Program-made: the position numbers and the translations under genes
Shown here: piece after piece, positions 39,115 through 51,829 of the stretch
How the letters are laid out: every line of letters begins with the position of its first letter
Numbering within the stretch: position 1 is the first letter of the stretch
Assembly (NCBI RefSeq): GCF_004010195.1
Contig: NC_057718.1
Coordinates: 91,620,634 to 91,673,625, forward strand
Source of the DNA: Chiloscyllium plagiosum
Taxonomy: Eukaryota
Reading direction: 5' to 3'
Length of the DNA stretch: 52,992 bases
Notes under the pieces: model-generated
The model's input: the letters and a program-made list of their open reading frames with translations, nothing else
What the model was told of the DNA's origin: nothing
Databases searched by the model: none

Positions 39115-40050
39115 TGCTTTTTAGTATTTTATTCTTTCATGGGCCATAGCCATCACTAGCAAGGCCAACAGTTATTGTCCATCTTTAACTGTCCTTGAGA
39201 TAGTGCTAATGAGCTGGGTTCTTGAACCACACCAGTCTATTTGCTGTGGAAACATATGTAGTGCATCTGAGAAGGGAACTCCAGGATGTTTATCTGCGAT
39301 AGTGAAAGAGCGGCAAAATAGTTCCCAAGTCAGGGTGGTGCGTACCTTGGAGGGAAACTTGTGGCATTCCCTGTATTTACCACTGTCATCCTTTCATGCA
39401 TTTGAGAGTTGGACGGTTTTGTCAAAGGAGCCTTAATGAGATGTACTACAGAGCACATTGTAGATGCTGCAAACCGTAGCAATGTGCATTAGCAGTGAAA
39501 TAAATGAATGTTTAAGTTGGTGAATGAGCCACTGATCAAGCAACTTGCTTAGTCTTGGATGGTGTCAAGTTTCTTGAGTCTTGTTGGGGTTGCACGCATC
39601 CAAGCAAACGAAGAGCATTGCACCCTACTCCTGACTTGTACCTTGTAGATGGTGGAAATACTTTGGCAAGCAATGTTGAGTTAGCTGCCTCACATTTACC
39701 AGCTTCTGACCTGCTCTTGTAGCCACAGCATTTATATAATTAGTCCAGTTCAGTTTCTTGTCAATGGATGTTGGTTACAGGGCTGAGACGGTTAAATCTT
39801 CCCTATTTGGAAAGGGTCATTTAAGGGCACGTGTATGATGAAAATACCACTTGAGACTTCAATTAACAGTTCAAATCTTTATGTTGTCCAGGTCTTGCTG
39901 CATATTGGAACATAGTGCTTCAGTGTCTGAGGAATTGTGAATGCCACTGAACATTGCGAAATCAATAGCAAATATTCTCATTCTGAACTTATGATGGAAG
40001 GAAGGTAATTGATGAAACCTCTGCAGATGATTGGGTCTAGAGCTATTCTG
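39115..40050 (-). mobile_element. CR1/L2-clade LINE 3' part (probably the 27690-28350 family)
   Basis: Minus-strand remnants such as MQQDLDNI and ctacaaggtacaagtcaggagt; 3' UTR near 39130-39300. Confidence 0.7.
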
Positions 40051-43000
40051 CAATATTTTACCAACAGATGGAAATTTTTTTTGTGAGCGAAAGGCATCAT
40101 ATGAAAAGCTTCTGCCAGATCCAGTATTTCAAGTCTCATTCAGGCAATTCATGAAGGCCAAAATATCTGATGGATCAAGTTAGAAGTAAATTACCTAAAG
40201 CAAGGCTATTCAGATTGCTGTGTGGTTGGCTTGAAGATGCCAAGTTCTTTTACCATACCCAGGAGGAAATCCAGCATGAAACTACAAGAGAATTACTGAC
40301 AAATGGATTGAAGAACCGAAGTGACAGTTGACAGAACATAAAAAATAGGTCAAATTTGGGCTGATACAAAACATTATAGAAATTGAAATAGAGAACATAA
40401 AGGTGCTCAAGCCCAAATTTCAGCTCTGCAGTGTAATTTCACAAACTTTGGTGAACAGTGGTCTATTCTGTAAGTTTCAAACATTTTCCTGTTAAACTGG
40501 CCGAAATGTGTTTATTTCAAGTACAAGCATATTTCATGACAATAAAAATCAACATGAATTTTTTTGATGAGCTGCACGATAATGTACTGTGCAGCTCAAT
40601 GGATTCCAGTTCTCACTTTGCTAAAAGTGCCAATATGGTATGAATCATCATTACAGAGCAGGATTAATATTAAGGCTTTGGTGGAATCACCCTTGTTGTC
40701 ATTTATTTGCAAGTGTTAAATGGAAGTGTATCATGTTTAAAGGGAACCAGAGATCACGAGCAAATGCTTGTAATATGAATTTAAACATGGACAGAAGACA
40801 TATTTATATTATAATTAATTCCCTGAGTAAAAAGATGTTATGGGATAAAAATCTACAAAAGCTGAAGTAACCGCTTCCATCAACCCATAGAATTCCAGCT
40901 CGAAACTCTGCCTTGCGCAACTTATTATAGTGAAGAACAGATTAAAGATATTGATTCCAGCCTGGAGATAGGACTCAGTATGAGAACAGAGGTAAGCAGC
41001 ACAAGCAGGTTGCTAAACTATTGATCCTCTCTGACAGGAAACCAGCACTACAAAAATGAAGGTCAGCACACTTTCATCCAAGAAATGCTAACTGCTGGAG
41101 TGCTCAGTGGGGTGTACTCTGATAAGTGTGACTTGCCCCAACTCCAGGCTAAAAAAATCCACAAGCCATCATGTAATTATTGCTTTATAATGCCTGATAT
41201 TGCGTGTATATAGCAAGCTAAATCTTTGACTTCTCACTGGGCAAGCAAACAGAAGTGACTAAGGATGACACGATTAGTCAAAACTGATTATTCTGCTTTC
41301 ACCAGTGGGTTACAATGTCACTGCATAAGGTTTCACGCATCTATTTAATCTGAATCACACCTTTTTGTGTAAATGTGCCTAGAATGTAATTGTTTCAGCT
41401 AATATAATGTTCTCACTAATAAAATAGCATTTCTGTATTTATACAGGAACAAAGAGCATTATCTGTACAGAACCTAGTATTTCTTAAAACTTCTTCAGAC
41501 TTGTAAATTTGAAAATAATTCAAATTAGCAGGGAAACAGCTCATTGCAGAATTAGGATGCCTTAAGGAATGAAATTTCTTTAATCTGACTTAATGAAATT
41601 TATATGGGATTCCATTCTGATCCTGTCAAGAGCAATTTATGCCAAAATTTCCTTACAAAATAATTATCATATGTCCAAATGTAGCAACCAGCACACAAGT
41701 GGAAATCAGTGTAAACTTTCAGGGCTTGATGAAAATAAGAACATTCGACAGCTACCTGTTTTTATTAAGCCCCTCTTCATATCACTAATGTAAACACCAT
41801 AAACAATTGCATATATTTATACATAACCATGGCCTGGAATTTGAGAACGTGGGTAACATCTCTGAGTAAATCTGGAGTAATAAAGGTACAAATCCACTCT
41901 AACATCACAATTGCATTGAAATCTTCCAAGAAATACTTGGCTACTGGATAAGCATCAATCAGATTTTAACATACTTATTCAATCCAATATTTAAAGAAAT
42001 TTAAAAATGTTCACATTTCAATTGGCTTGATAGACTAATTAAGCAAGGTTAATCAGAAAAACCTGCGAAAACAACACATCTACAATAAAAGGTGCACATT
42101 ATTGTGTATTCAATAACACACTGACATGGTCATTAGTACTGTGTTCTGGACACAATAATTTGAATTTTAACATGCAAGAATATATGGGTTTGGCTATAGT
42201 AAGAAAGTTAAAATCAGCATACCAGTGATTTTGCTTCAACATACCAGCCTCTGTATTTAAACCTTATCACATTAGGCTAAGTAGAAGAAAATGCTTCACG
42301 GTAGGTGGTTTGCCCAGTTCACTCTGTGAATTGTTTAATTACTGTAAGATAAATATGGTGCTTACTATTTAACTATAGGTCCATAGATTTCTCTGAGTTC
42401 ATGGAAGTGATCAGATTTGACCAGAGGGTAGATTTTATTCACTAGCATTTCAAACATCAAACACACAAATCAAGTCATTTTTTGTGTTTACAACAGTAAC
42501 ACGTAGTATGAGTTTAAATATAGGTCATATCGTTTGTTGCATTCACTGAATGGCTACTTCCATTATGTACTGAGGAAAAATAGTGACGACAGATGATAAA
42601 TGAGTAGAAAGACACCACTTTGCTTGCTTAGGCCTCATTTTTTGAATTCCACTATTCATTGCATACTTATTAAGATAGTCAAAAATCAATAGGCCAAAAC
42701 CAGAAGCTTACTATCCCTAAATATTGTTCAATCTTAATCATATCCATTACTTGACAATCTCATTTCTCAGCTTGGTTCTTTCTTTGGATATCTCTTTAAC
42801 TCTTTTATCAAACATGACAATTAATAGGAAATACATTCACTTATTATTGTTATTCACCGAGATGCAGATGAGAGCAAAATTGTTTAATTTGTTTTAAAAA
42901 ATGGAGGTTAGTACAGGAAAATGATGTGGAGTAGAAGATTTCACTATCATCAAAGAGATCAAAGAGCTGACTGGCTTGCTTATGTTCCTATTTCCTGTGT

Positions 43001-45734
43001 TCTTACATATGGAATTTGCACAGAAAATGTACAAGATCATTTTTCAACTGGAAGATACTTGGAGAACATTTTCTTAATCATTCACATTCCATAACTTTCA
43101 GTAAATATCAAAAGAAACAAATATATTACCATATGAAAAAATGTTTTTAAAAGTAGTATGATTATAACAGAGACAATTTCATTAAAATTGTAAAAATATA
43201 ATTCCAAGTTCATCTAGATCAGTGAGTACAAACAGAAAATCTAGTCCATTACTTTGCTTTCAGAGACTTCCTGCTACAAAGGGGGCAGATAATCTATTGT
43301 CCATCCTTCATCAGCGCTTTAGTTTTGCTTACTGGCTTGCAGTGGGACAACAGCAACCAATTAATGGTGATTAATCTGATGCCTCCTCACCTTATATGTG
43401 GAAAGGGTTCTGACATTTAGCCCGACAGCTTATCTCACTAAAATGTGTGAATCAATCTGTCTTTTTCCATGCCTAGACAACATTTGGTCCATCACAGTAC
43501 AGCGGCACCTCATTCAGTACTTTTCACACCAACATAACAGATTTAATGAGTTCTTTCTTCTTGTATATTTCCTTGTCATAGTTCATATAAATAAGTATCT
43601 TTGTAACCATTCCTGTACACGCACTGCGATTTTTTTTCCTGCGGTGTGATGCAATACTGCAGGTTGCTGGTAACAAAAATATGTTTTCAATGTAGGACAT
43701 TTAACATTAAATGCACACAGCAAATAGTATATGCAAATTTATGGCAAGTAGATTATTTAGTTAATAGGAAATGAATATACATATGGAAACAGTATTTGTA
43801 TTCTAGTTTTTCTGCAGAACTGACTGCAGAATTCAGTGATTTCTGATGGCTAATGCCAAATGTCGCACCTGCTTTTCTATGATAATAGCTCAGATGCTTG
43901 AGTTTGCCACTGGGGATCAAACCTCAAGCCTTTGGTTCAGGAACAAAAGGAGGTGCATTCCCCGATGGACCTTGCTCTTGGATGGCAGTGTACAATAAAT
44001 GCCGCGCAGCAGACTGTGACAGCATGTGGTTGCACTTGTGTCTGCTGTGGGACCTGTAGCAGGAATTTCCAAATGCTATCACCCCTACACCAGCTTCATT
44101 CTAATTTTGATCTTTATATTGTGGGTTAGGAGAAGGAACGCACAAAATTTTAAGAAGTGAAATATAAGTATAGAATGATAGCAGATGTTATAATTTTAAT
44201 AATTTATATGCAAAATACGCTGTGCCAAAGTAAGTAAACATATTGTTACTGTTAAGTTTTTTAAATCACCAGTTTATCAACTACCAACATTTGAAATGAC
44301 TCAACACTTGTTTATCTTTTAATAAGGCCTTTGTTAATTACCAAATCATGTTATACAACCAAATAAAATGAGTGGAAGAACAATGCTAGCTGTCGCATTT
44401 CAGACAAGAATTATACCTTCATTTAAATGTTGGTGAGAACAGAATGTTTTGCAGGAAACTTCACTGAATGCTTTAAACTTCTGAAATACTTTACAGCTTT
44501 AATGACCTATTTATGTCAAATTTACTGTAAGCAACATATTTCCTTTTCTAAGCAAGTCCTCCACATCAAGTAAATTCAATATAATTCCATTCATTTTAAT
44601 TCACAAAATACTGAATTCAACAGAATATAACTTCAAACGAGAGTAAAGTCACTACTCGAACAAGTGTTTTGAGTTACCAATAAATTGAAATATTTCTCCC
44701 CAATGCAAAAAGTACCATTTTAAAAATACAAACATTATAATTGATGTTGTCTCCAGGAAGAGAGTTTTAATTTTTCTTGTAAGTGCAACTCATCTGTAGG
44801 AGAATATATCTACTGGTATTTTAACTGCTAACATTATACACAAAACATGTAAGATTTTTCAAAGGTTTTATGTATTTTTAGATTATCACAAATATAAATG
44901 GTTCAGTCTAAAATGGTTGACTGCACCTCAGTGGGATTTGGACTGTACCTGCAATTTACGATGGAAAACACCATCTTGCATAAGTAGCTACATGATCCAC
45001 TTTCAGTATAAATATCAGTGAACACTAATTAAAAATGCCCATCTTTGAAAGGCTCACATGAACACATACACAAGCAGGCTAACTAAAACTTTCCAAATTT
45101 AAAGAACTGCAAAAGAAGAAAATCACCACAGTTCTTCACAACTTAAGTTAAAAAGAACACTGGAATATGTGCATTCAAATACATCCAATATCTTTTGTGT
45201 AATTCAATATAAAAGGGTATTTAAACTTTACTGCAACAAGCTTCAGGCAGAAAGATGTGTCTCCTACTTGACCCAAAAGCATTGTGGTGTTTATTATTAT
45301 AATGGATTAATTGGGATGTATTTCCTTAATACGCTCATTGCAACTGAACAAACAAAATCCTTTCTAAAGCATCCATAGAAGTTCATATTACTTCCATTAT
45401 GATTACACAGGAGTTAAAAGAATGAAATTCAACATGTAGGAAATAATTTATACAGACTTATCTACACTGTGAGCTACTAAACATGCACAACACCGGAATT
45501 ACTTTTACACGAAAATAATATTTAATATAGATTTGTCAAATTGTTTTGGCTACTGTAAACTTAAATCTGAAACATCCACAACGTGCTTTACAAACACAAC
45601 CTTTTGGAATTATGCTTGATTAAAAACAAAAACAGATCTAATTCTCCATAATTTTAACAATGCTAGACACTGTCTTTTTGACCAAATGACTGCAATGCAC
45701 ACCCAAGGCTAAACAAAGAGCAACGAACCTTTAG

Positions 45735-45748
45735 GTTGCTGTGGCAAC
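45735..45748. promoter_or_regulatory. Candidate RFX X-box
   Basis: GTTGCTGTGGCAAC, close to the palindromic consensus GTTGCCATGGCAAC. Confidence 0.45.
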
Positions 45749-46379
45749 ATATCCTCTGATATTGTCCTCCACTCAGCTGGAGTATTCACTGCTAGTAGGC
45801 ATTGTGCCTTATCAGATTTCTTTTGCAACCTGCTGGCTGCAGAGTGCAATCTTTTTCCTCCTACCTCTCTCCAATTGAGATGCAAATTAATCTTCTCTGC
45901 TGATTAAATTCTCCTTAATCTGACTGTCAAGTGCAGATGTAATCGGAGTTTACAGTCGAGCAATAAAAGCTGTCAGAATGAGGGAGTGTTTTGTTCACAG
46001 ACATATTATGAAAAGGGCAAGATTTGCCATACAGATTTTTAAAATTCAACTTCACTGCATCGACAAATAATGCAACATGTCAAAAAATGTCCTACGAGTT
46101 TACTGTACAGAGGTTATTTAATTCTCTGTGCTCAAGTTCTTCCTTAGGATTTTTTGAAATGCAAGCTCTGTGAAGCATGTTGCTCCTTCATATAATGCAT
46201 TGCATCACAGTAAAGAAAGCAGATGTTCAACAATATCTCTGGTGTACGAAACGGTTCAAACATTTTATAACTAAAATAGTATTTATTCTTTCTGTTAACG
46301 ACGTCAATTTGATAAATCTAATTCATTACTAAGGAAGTGAATTTCAGTCAAATCCAGGAATATACACCACAATAATATA

Positions 46380-47215
46380 AAAACAAAATATGCAGATGCT
46401 GGAAATCTTAAACTCTCACAAAGAATGTTGAAGAAACTCAGCAGATCTGACAGCATCTTTATTTCAACATGGCAGCAGTGGAGTAGGCAGTATCCAGAGC
46501 CTGGGCTTGTCCACTCAGTCCTTCTGTTTTTCCCCTTTTTCAGTTTTTAAACTTTTTTTTGATTTACCTTCTGGAGAGAGATCAGGGTCGACAGCGTGGC
46601 AGTGGTTGAAGTATGTAACGGGAATTTGGTGCTCAGCCATAAGGCATCTGTTTAGCCAGGTGGACCAGTAGCACTAGGTAGCATTGTGACATCATCGAGG
46701 CCTTCAGTGGTTGATGGTGAGGTGGCTGGTGAGTCTGGATGGAAGTCGGCAGCAAGGGGTGGGAGTCGAGTGGTGGTGACACAGCAGCACGGAGGACATT
46801 GACCCCAGCATGGGGGAAGAGAATGAACTTTTGTGGGGAAAGCCAGCGTGAAGTGACTGCATGTGGAGGACTGCAGGCCCATGGCTAAATGGGCCATGAT
46901 GTAATGCTGAACTTCTAACTTTATTTTCTTTATTTTTCTACTTTTTATTAAGAACTGTAATTTTGAACTTTTATCACTTCTTTATTTTTCTACGTTGTAC
47001 CTAATATTTTATGACGAGTTACCTTTGTACCTAAGATAGTGCCAGGAATGGCGACTTTGTACACTTTTCACTATGCCTGTATGGGAGTACATGTGGCAAG
47101 AAAGCCCAATTCCAATTCATTTGTAGAGAGAACAAAAGAATTAATGTTTCAAATCTGGTATGACTCTTCTTCAGCTCAAAAATAAAGATTTCTGAGTTTC
47201 AACAGCATTCTGCTT
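46380..47215 (-). mobile_element. PLE-derived short repeat (46380-46458 and 47120-47215) split by a later insertion
   Basis: gcagatgctggaaatc..gaaactcagcagatctgacagcatc resumes as ttgtagagagaac..; decayed hammerhead at 47138-47177 (CUGAAGA-A-GAGUC-auacca-GAUUU-GAAA-CA-UU). Confidence 0.7.
46460..47119 (+). mobile_element. Non-autonomous SINE-like repeat with a Rex1-type 3' tail
   Basis: G-rich body; 3' part similar to 19930-20140. Confidence 0.55.
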
Positions 47216-48249
47216 GATTAATATACATTATAAACTATCCTCAATAGACAGACAATTTCAACAATAGTTTCAGTTTCAGTTATTCCGCATGAACACCATT
47301 ATAAACATTAGTCAATTTAGGAAACATTGCTTGCAATCAAATGCAAGCCCTGCAACACCAGAAGTCGCTTTAAAAATTATATTAGCAGTGACTTGTAGAA
47401 CATTTGCAGTGACACTGGCAACTCAAATGTAACTATTTCTTTAAATAATCATCTGACTTCATTCTGACTTTCCTATGCCTTAATCATCCTGTTCCTTTCC
47501 TCCCTCTTGCATCATTCCCATTCCATCCCTTTGTCCCATGCCAATCCCCAGCCCTCTCATCTCCACTGTATATCTTCCATGTTAAACCTTTTCACCCATA
47601 CTGTCTAAATCAATATCTTTCATGCTGCTTCCACTACCCTTTCCATGCCATTCTCTCTCTCCTGATACTGAACCCATACCATATGATCTCTATCTTAACT
47701 CAGACAGTCCCTCTAATCAAGATACCTTTATTATCAGGCTCCCCTCATCTTCAATCCAACAAAACATCTGCAGTGAAATTAGTACCTCAATTATTGCTGC
47801 ACTTCCTTAAATACCTATTGCCATTCTAACCTTCCCATGCCAATTCATCTTTCATTACTTTTGCACTGTCCCTTCATATGCCAACACCATCCCTATTCCA
47901 TTTCTTCATACAATCTATGTACCTATTCCATTCTATTCTTAATCCTTCCCATCCTGTCCTGACACTCTCTTCTTGTAGAGCCCTGTGCCTCATGTGCCAG
48001 ATTGGTCCGCTGCCATATTGGTTGATCAGATACATTGTCCCAAACATTCTGAACAGGAGGTAACAAAATCTTTTGAAATTTTCAACATTATTGAATGACA
48101 TCTGTGATGATTAATTTGAGAGATTATGTATATATACATTTATCATTCCTAAAATATGGATCTAAAAATACTGAATACAGGTGTTGGTTACTTCTGTGAA
48201 GTGTTTCTAAAATAAAAGAAAATAGGTCTGGCTTTTCTTAAGAACAGTG

Positions 48250-49300
48250 ACCTCACTCAGTATGTGTCAGAGAATAGGTGATTGGGAGTTCCTAGAACAC
48301 TGATGTAAAATTTTGAACCCTGGTGGTTTATGACAGATAAAGTACATAATGAAGGCTTTTAGCTAATCCTCAGTTTAGAATAATCAAGGACTGATTTTAG
48401 CTTAGAAAATCCAGAGACTGAAAGCATTTAGAGCAGTTTGGAGGAGTCCTGATGGGGACAGGAAATAGCCTATATTCTCACCTGGAAAGGTGTTTTAGAA
48501 TAGATCAGAGAAGACATAGTTACATCAGTGGCAAGTTTTAGTTAGTGCAACTTCCATACCAAGAGTGCATGGTTAGAAATTGCAGGTTATTAAAGCTGAG
48601 AAGGTTTAAGCTTTCAGTTTGGTGAGTATTTTGAAATTGTTAAGAGTTCCTAGATTATGTCCAGGAAAATTTCCTGTAGCAGTATGTGACTGGCCCAACA
48701 TGAAAGGATGAATTGTTGGACCTGGTACTTGATCTGCTTGGCCCACCTTGCTTCCAAGTGTCAGTGGGGAAACATTTCGGAAACAGTGATCATTATATTG
48801 CAAGATGATGATAGAAGAGGACAATACACAACAGAGAGTGGGAATAATTAACATGAGGAGAGCTTACTTCAATGGAGCTCAAAAAAATGCGAGGCTAGAT
48901 AAACTGGAACACAATGTTGGAGAGAAAAACTGTGGCTGAATGATAGGCTACCTTCATAGCTTTGGGAACAGTCAGGGTATATTCCTTCAAAAGGAAAAAA
49001 TAACGCAAATCCAGAGCTCCTTAGATGATAAAAGAAATCAAAATTAAAATAAAAAAAGACAAAGTATGCTTTTGACAGGTATCAGGTAGGAAATACAATT
49101 CGAGTGGTTTGGATGTCTGGAATGCACTGTTTGGATATGTGGTGGAGGCAAGTTCAATTGAGGCATTCAAGAGAAGATAAAACAATTATTTAAATAGAAA
49201 GATTGTGCAAGGGCAGGAGAAAGGCATAAATCACAATGCTTGGTTTATGGCCAGTGCTGAAATGATGGGTTGAATGGCCTCCTTTTATGCTGTAACACCT
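48250..49300 (+). mobile_element. Decayed CR1 pieces (ORF1/endonuclease remnants and a 3' end)
   Basis: 3' end tctggaatgcactg..gtggtggaggca..gcattcaagaga..gatgggttgaatggcctcct is clear; the upstream part is faint. Confidence 0.55.
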
Positions 49301-50426
49301 CAAATTCTACAGATATAAAAATACTTCACAGTTCCCAGAAGAGAAACTGGCGAACTTGTTAGGTAGAACTTAAAGATTTTATATAGGGGGATAATTTCTC
49401 TGGATTTCAATTGCAATAAATAGATGAAGTTGTTAAAGGTTGAAGCTTAATTTTGCTGGCTGTTTGAAGATTTTCTAAACTATGCTCTTTATCTGGACAG
49501 CTTTTTTGTTTTCTATTCAGAAACTTCTGTTCTGATGTTAAAGAAACACCCCTGTATCGTGTGACTATGTTTCAGTGACTGACCACTACATTAACCAAGT
49601 TTTTGAAAAGCATGTATCAAGCCAGGTTTCTCTTGGATCAGAATTGTCTAGTCATTCCATCCACTGGGATCACAACATTAATGCCGAACCACAAGTTTGC
49701 AAACGAGCACACACTGCAGAAATATTACCTGAAGCATAAAACAAAGTGATCAAAACCTTAAAAAGCAGAAACAAAAATGGTTTTACTTATCAGAATACTG
49801 TATCTTCCATGTTTCTGCTCCCGAAGTTCTGTACTAAAATGATGCTGATGTTATTGAGAGACTGCTCACAAAATTCTGTATAACTGGACCTTCCAGACAA
49901 CAAACTTCTTGGCTGGAGTGATTATAACACATTTTAAAATCTTCCTGTAACATTTGGACACTGACAATATATGGGTAATAAATGTTTGTCCAGCCAGCGA
50001 TATTCACACCTCACGAGCAATGAAAAAAATGATGTATCCAGGCATTGCCTACCAAATCAAAACACTTCAGACAGACAAAAACAAAGTACAACATCGAGAA
50101 AATCTTTTCTCTTTGTCAATGTTGTCAATAGAGAAATGAACTATCCACAAAAGACTGAACAACACAACAGATTTCAATAATGGTGTCTCGACATTTGAAA
50201 TTTAAATATTCAATAAGGTGATGTTAAAATCAATGAAAATTGTGATGTCCAAATAATGAAATGATTTAAGTCCAATTTGGCCACTCAATGTGCATTAAAG
50301 AATGACTAAGCACCACATCAATGGCTTCACTCCAAAAACAGCATGCCATTACTTACCAGAAAAGTGAACAAAATAAGTTTAGGGAAAGAAACCAAAATTT
50401 TCATCAAGACTGTACTGCATCGGAAG

Positions 50427-50436
50427 AAAAGGATAC
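50427..50436 (-). other. U12-type (minor spliceosome) 5' splice site GTATCCTTTT
   Basis: Exact match to the U12 donor consensus RTATCCTTT, immediately after the RalGAP-alpha-like coding sequence ends. Confidence 0.88.
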
Positions 50437-50564
50437 AAGCTCTGATAGAGAGGTATAAGTGACTTCACAGCTCGACTGGCATTGATGCCTGTGGCACGAA
50501 CAAGACTTGGCAGAAGTTTTTCATTCACAATGGCTCCATCAAAAAGAGGACCAAAAAATGGGAC
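50437..50564 (-). CDS. RALGAPA2: Internal coding exon (128 nt, phase 0 to phase 2) of Ral GTPase-activating protein subunit alpha, C-terminal end of the RapGAP-type domain
   Basis: Translates [42 protein letters not shown](F), which I recognise as the RalGAP-alpha C-terminus. [10 protein letters not shown] and LYQS fit RALGAPA2 better than RALGAPA1 as I recall them. Acceptor is gtttttcag|GTC at 50565; donor is TT|GTATCCTTTT at 50436. Confidence 0.9.
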
Positions 50565-51829
50565 CTGAAAAACATTAAGCACCTCTAGAGTTATGTCACA
50601 ATATGTAGTTCAATATTCACATCAAGAGAATTAAAAGTTAATTGCTAACTGCAACATGAACAATTTCTAACTTCCATCAGATGTGTGTCCTATGAGAATG
50701 TACAAAAGCAAGTACAAGCCAGGAAAGGTCCAATTGTCTCATTAAGTTCATTCATTCTATATATAATCTACCTATACGATATGCTAGTACATTAATAATG
50801 ACCGTTGAAAATGAAATACGTCATATACATGATAGCAGGGATTTTAAACCATCAAACAAATGTGATATGGCTAAACCCGCAGCGCAATTCATAAAAGCCG
50901 AATTTGCATCGTTGTTAACATATTTAAATCAGCCTCCCAGCAGCAAAAGGGTGGTAAGAACAGTCAGATTTAGGTCAAAAAACATTACCAGAATTGTTTG
51001 AAAATTAGGAGGCAGCACTGATATCTTCAGCCAAATATACATACATACACACATCCATCTGCCATTTACTTTACCTCCCACCTTGACCCTCTTCCAGCAG
51101 TTGAGTTGTCCTCCACTCTCAATAGGTTCAAACTCAAAAATGACAATGCACTATTGTGACGCCCGAAACCCCAGCACAATCATTGCTGTCCAATCAGTAA
51201 TTCCCTTGTAGCCACCATCCAAAGCATGGAATTTATGAATGAAAAGTAATTGCTGTATCTCCAAAGATCATGCACATTAGAATTGCTCACTACCAGGTTT
51301 GAAGATGAGGTGCAGGCGTCTAAGATTCAGTCGGAGGCCTTCTGGCTGCCTGAGTGCCTGCCTCTGACATGTCTGAAACTTTTATGGCAGAGAGAGTAGA
51401 CAGCATGACCATTAGCAAAGGTTCACACCAACTCATGAGGCATTTTTACAAGGGACCAAATACTCGAAACAGGTAGATTTTAAGAGGTTTCAATCTCTCT
51501 CCAAGCCACCTGAGCTTTGTCTACAGGGCTTCATTCACCTTTCTCATTCTCCCTAATCATTGCTGCTGATATGGACCACAATCTCTACTTGTTCACCCTC
51601 CCAGCTTATATAACAGCTCAATGAGATCCTTGACCTTTGTACCAAAGAGGCAACATGCCATCTTGGGAGGAAATTTGAAGGCGCAGAAGTGCCTTTTTGT
51701 CCCTCTCACTATCCCTCTCACATTTTCATTCTTACTTCCCCGCAAGTTCAGCTCAGCCAGCCACGTAGACTCAAAGGAACCATTATTTTTACTAATTTTA
51801 ATTAACAGTAATTAACAGCTAATCCTAAA

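Noticed and set aside
50379..50582. 67-aa ORF as a complete gene
   Set aside because: Only 50437-50564 is exon; the start and tail are intronic read-through
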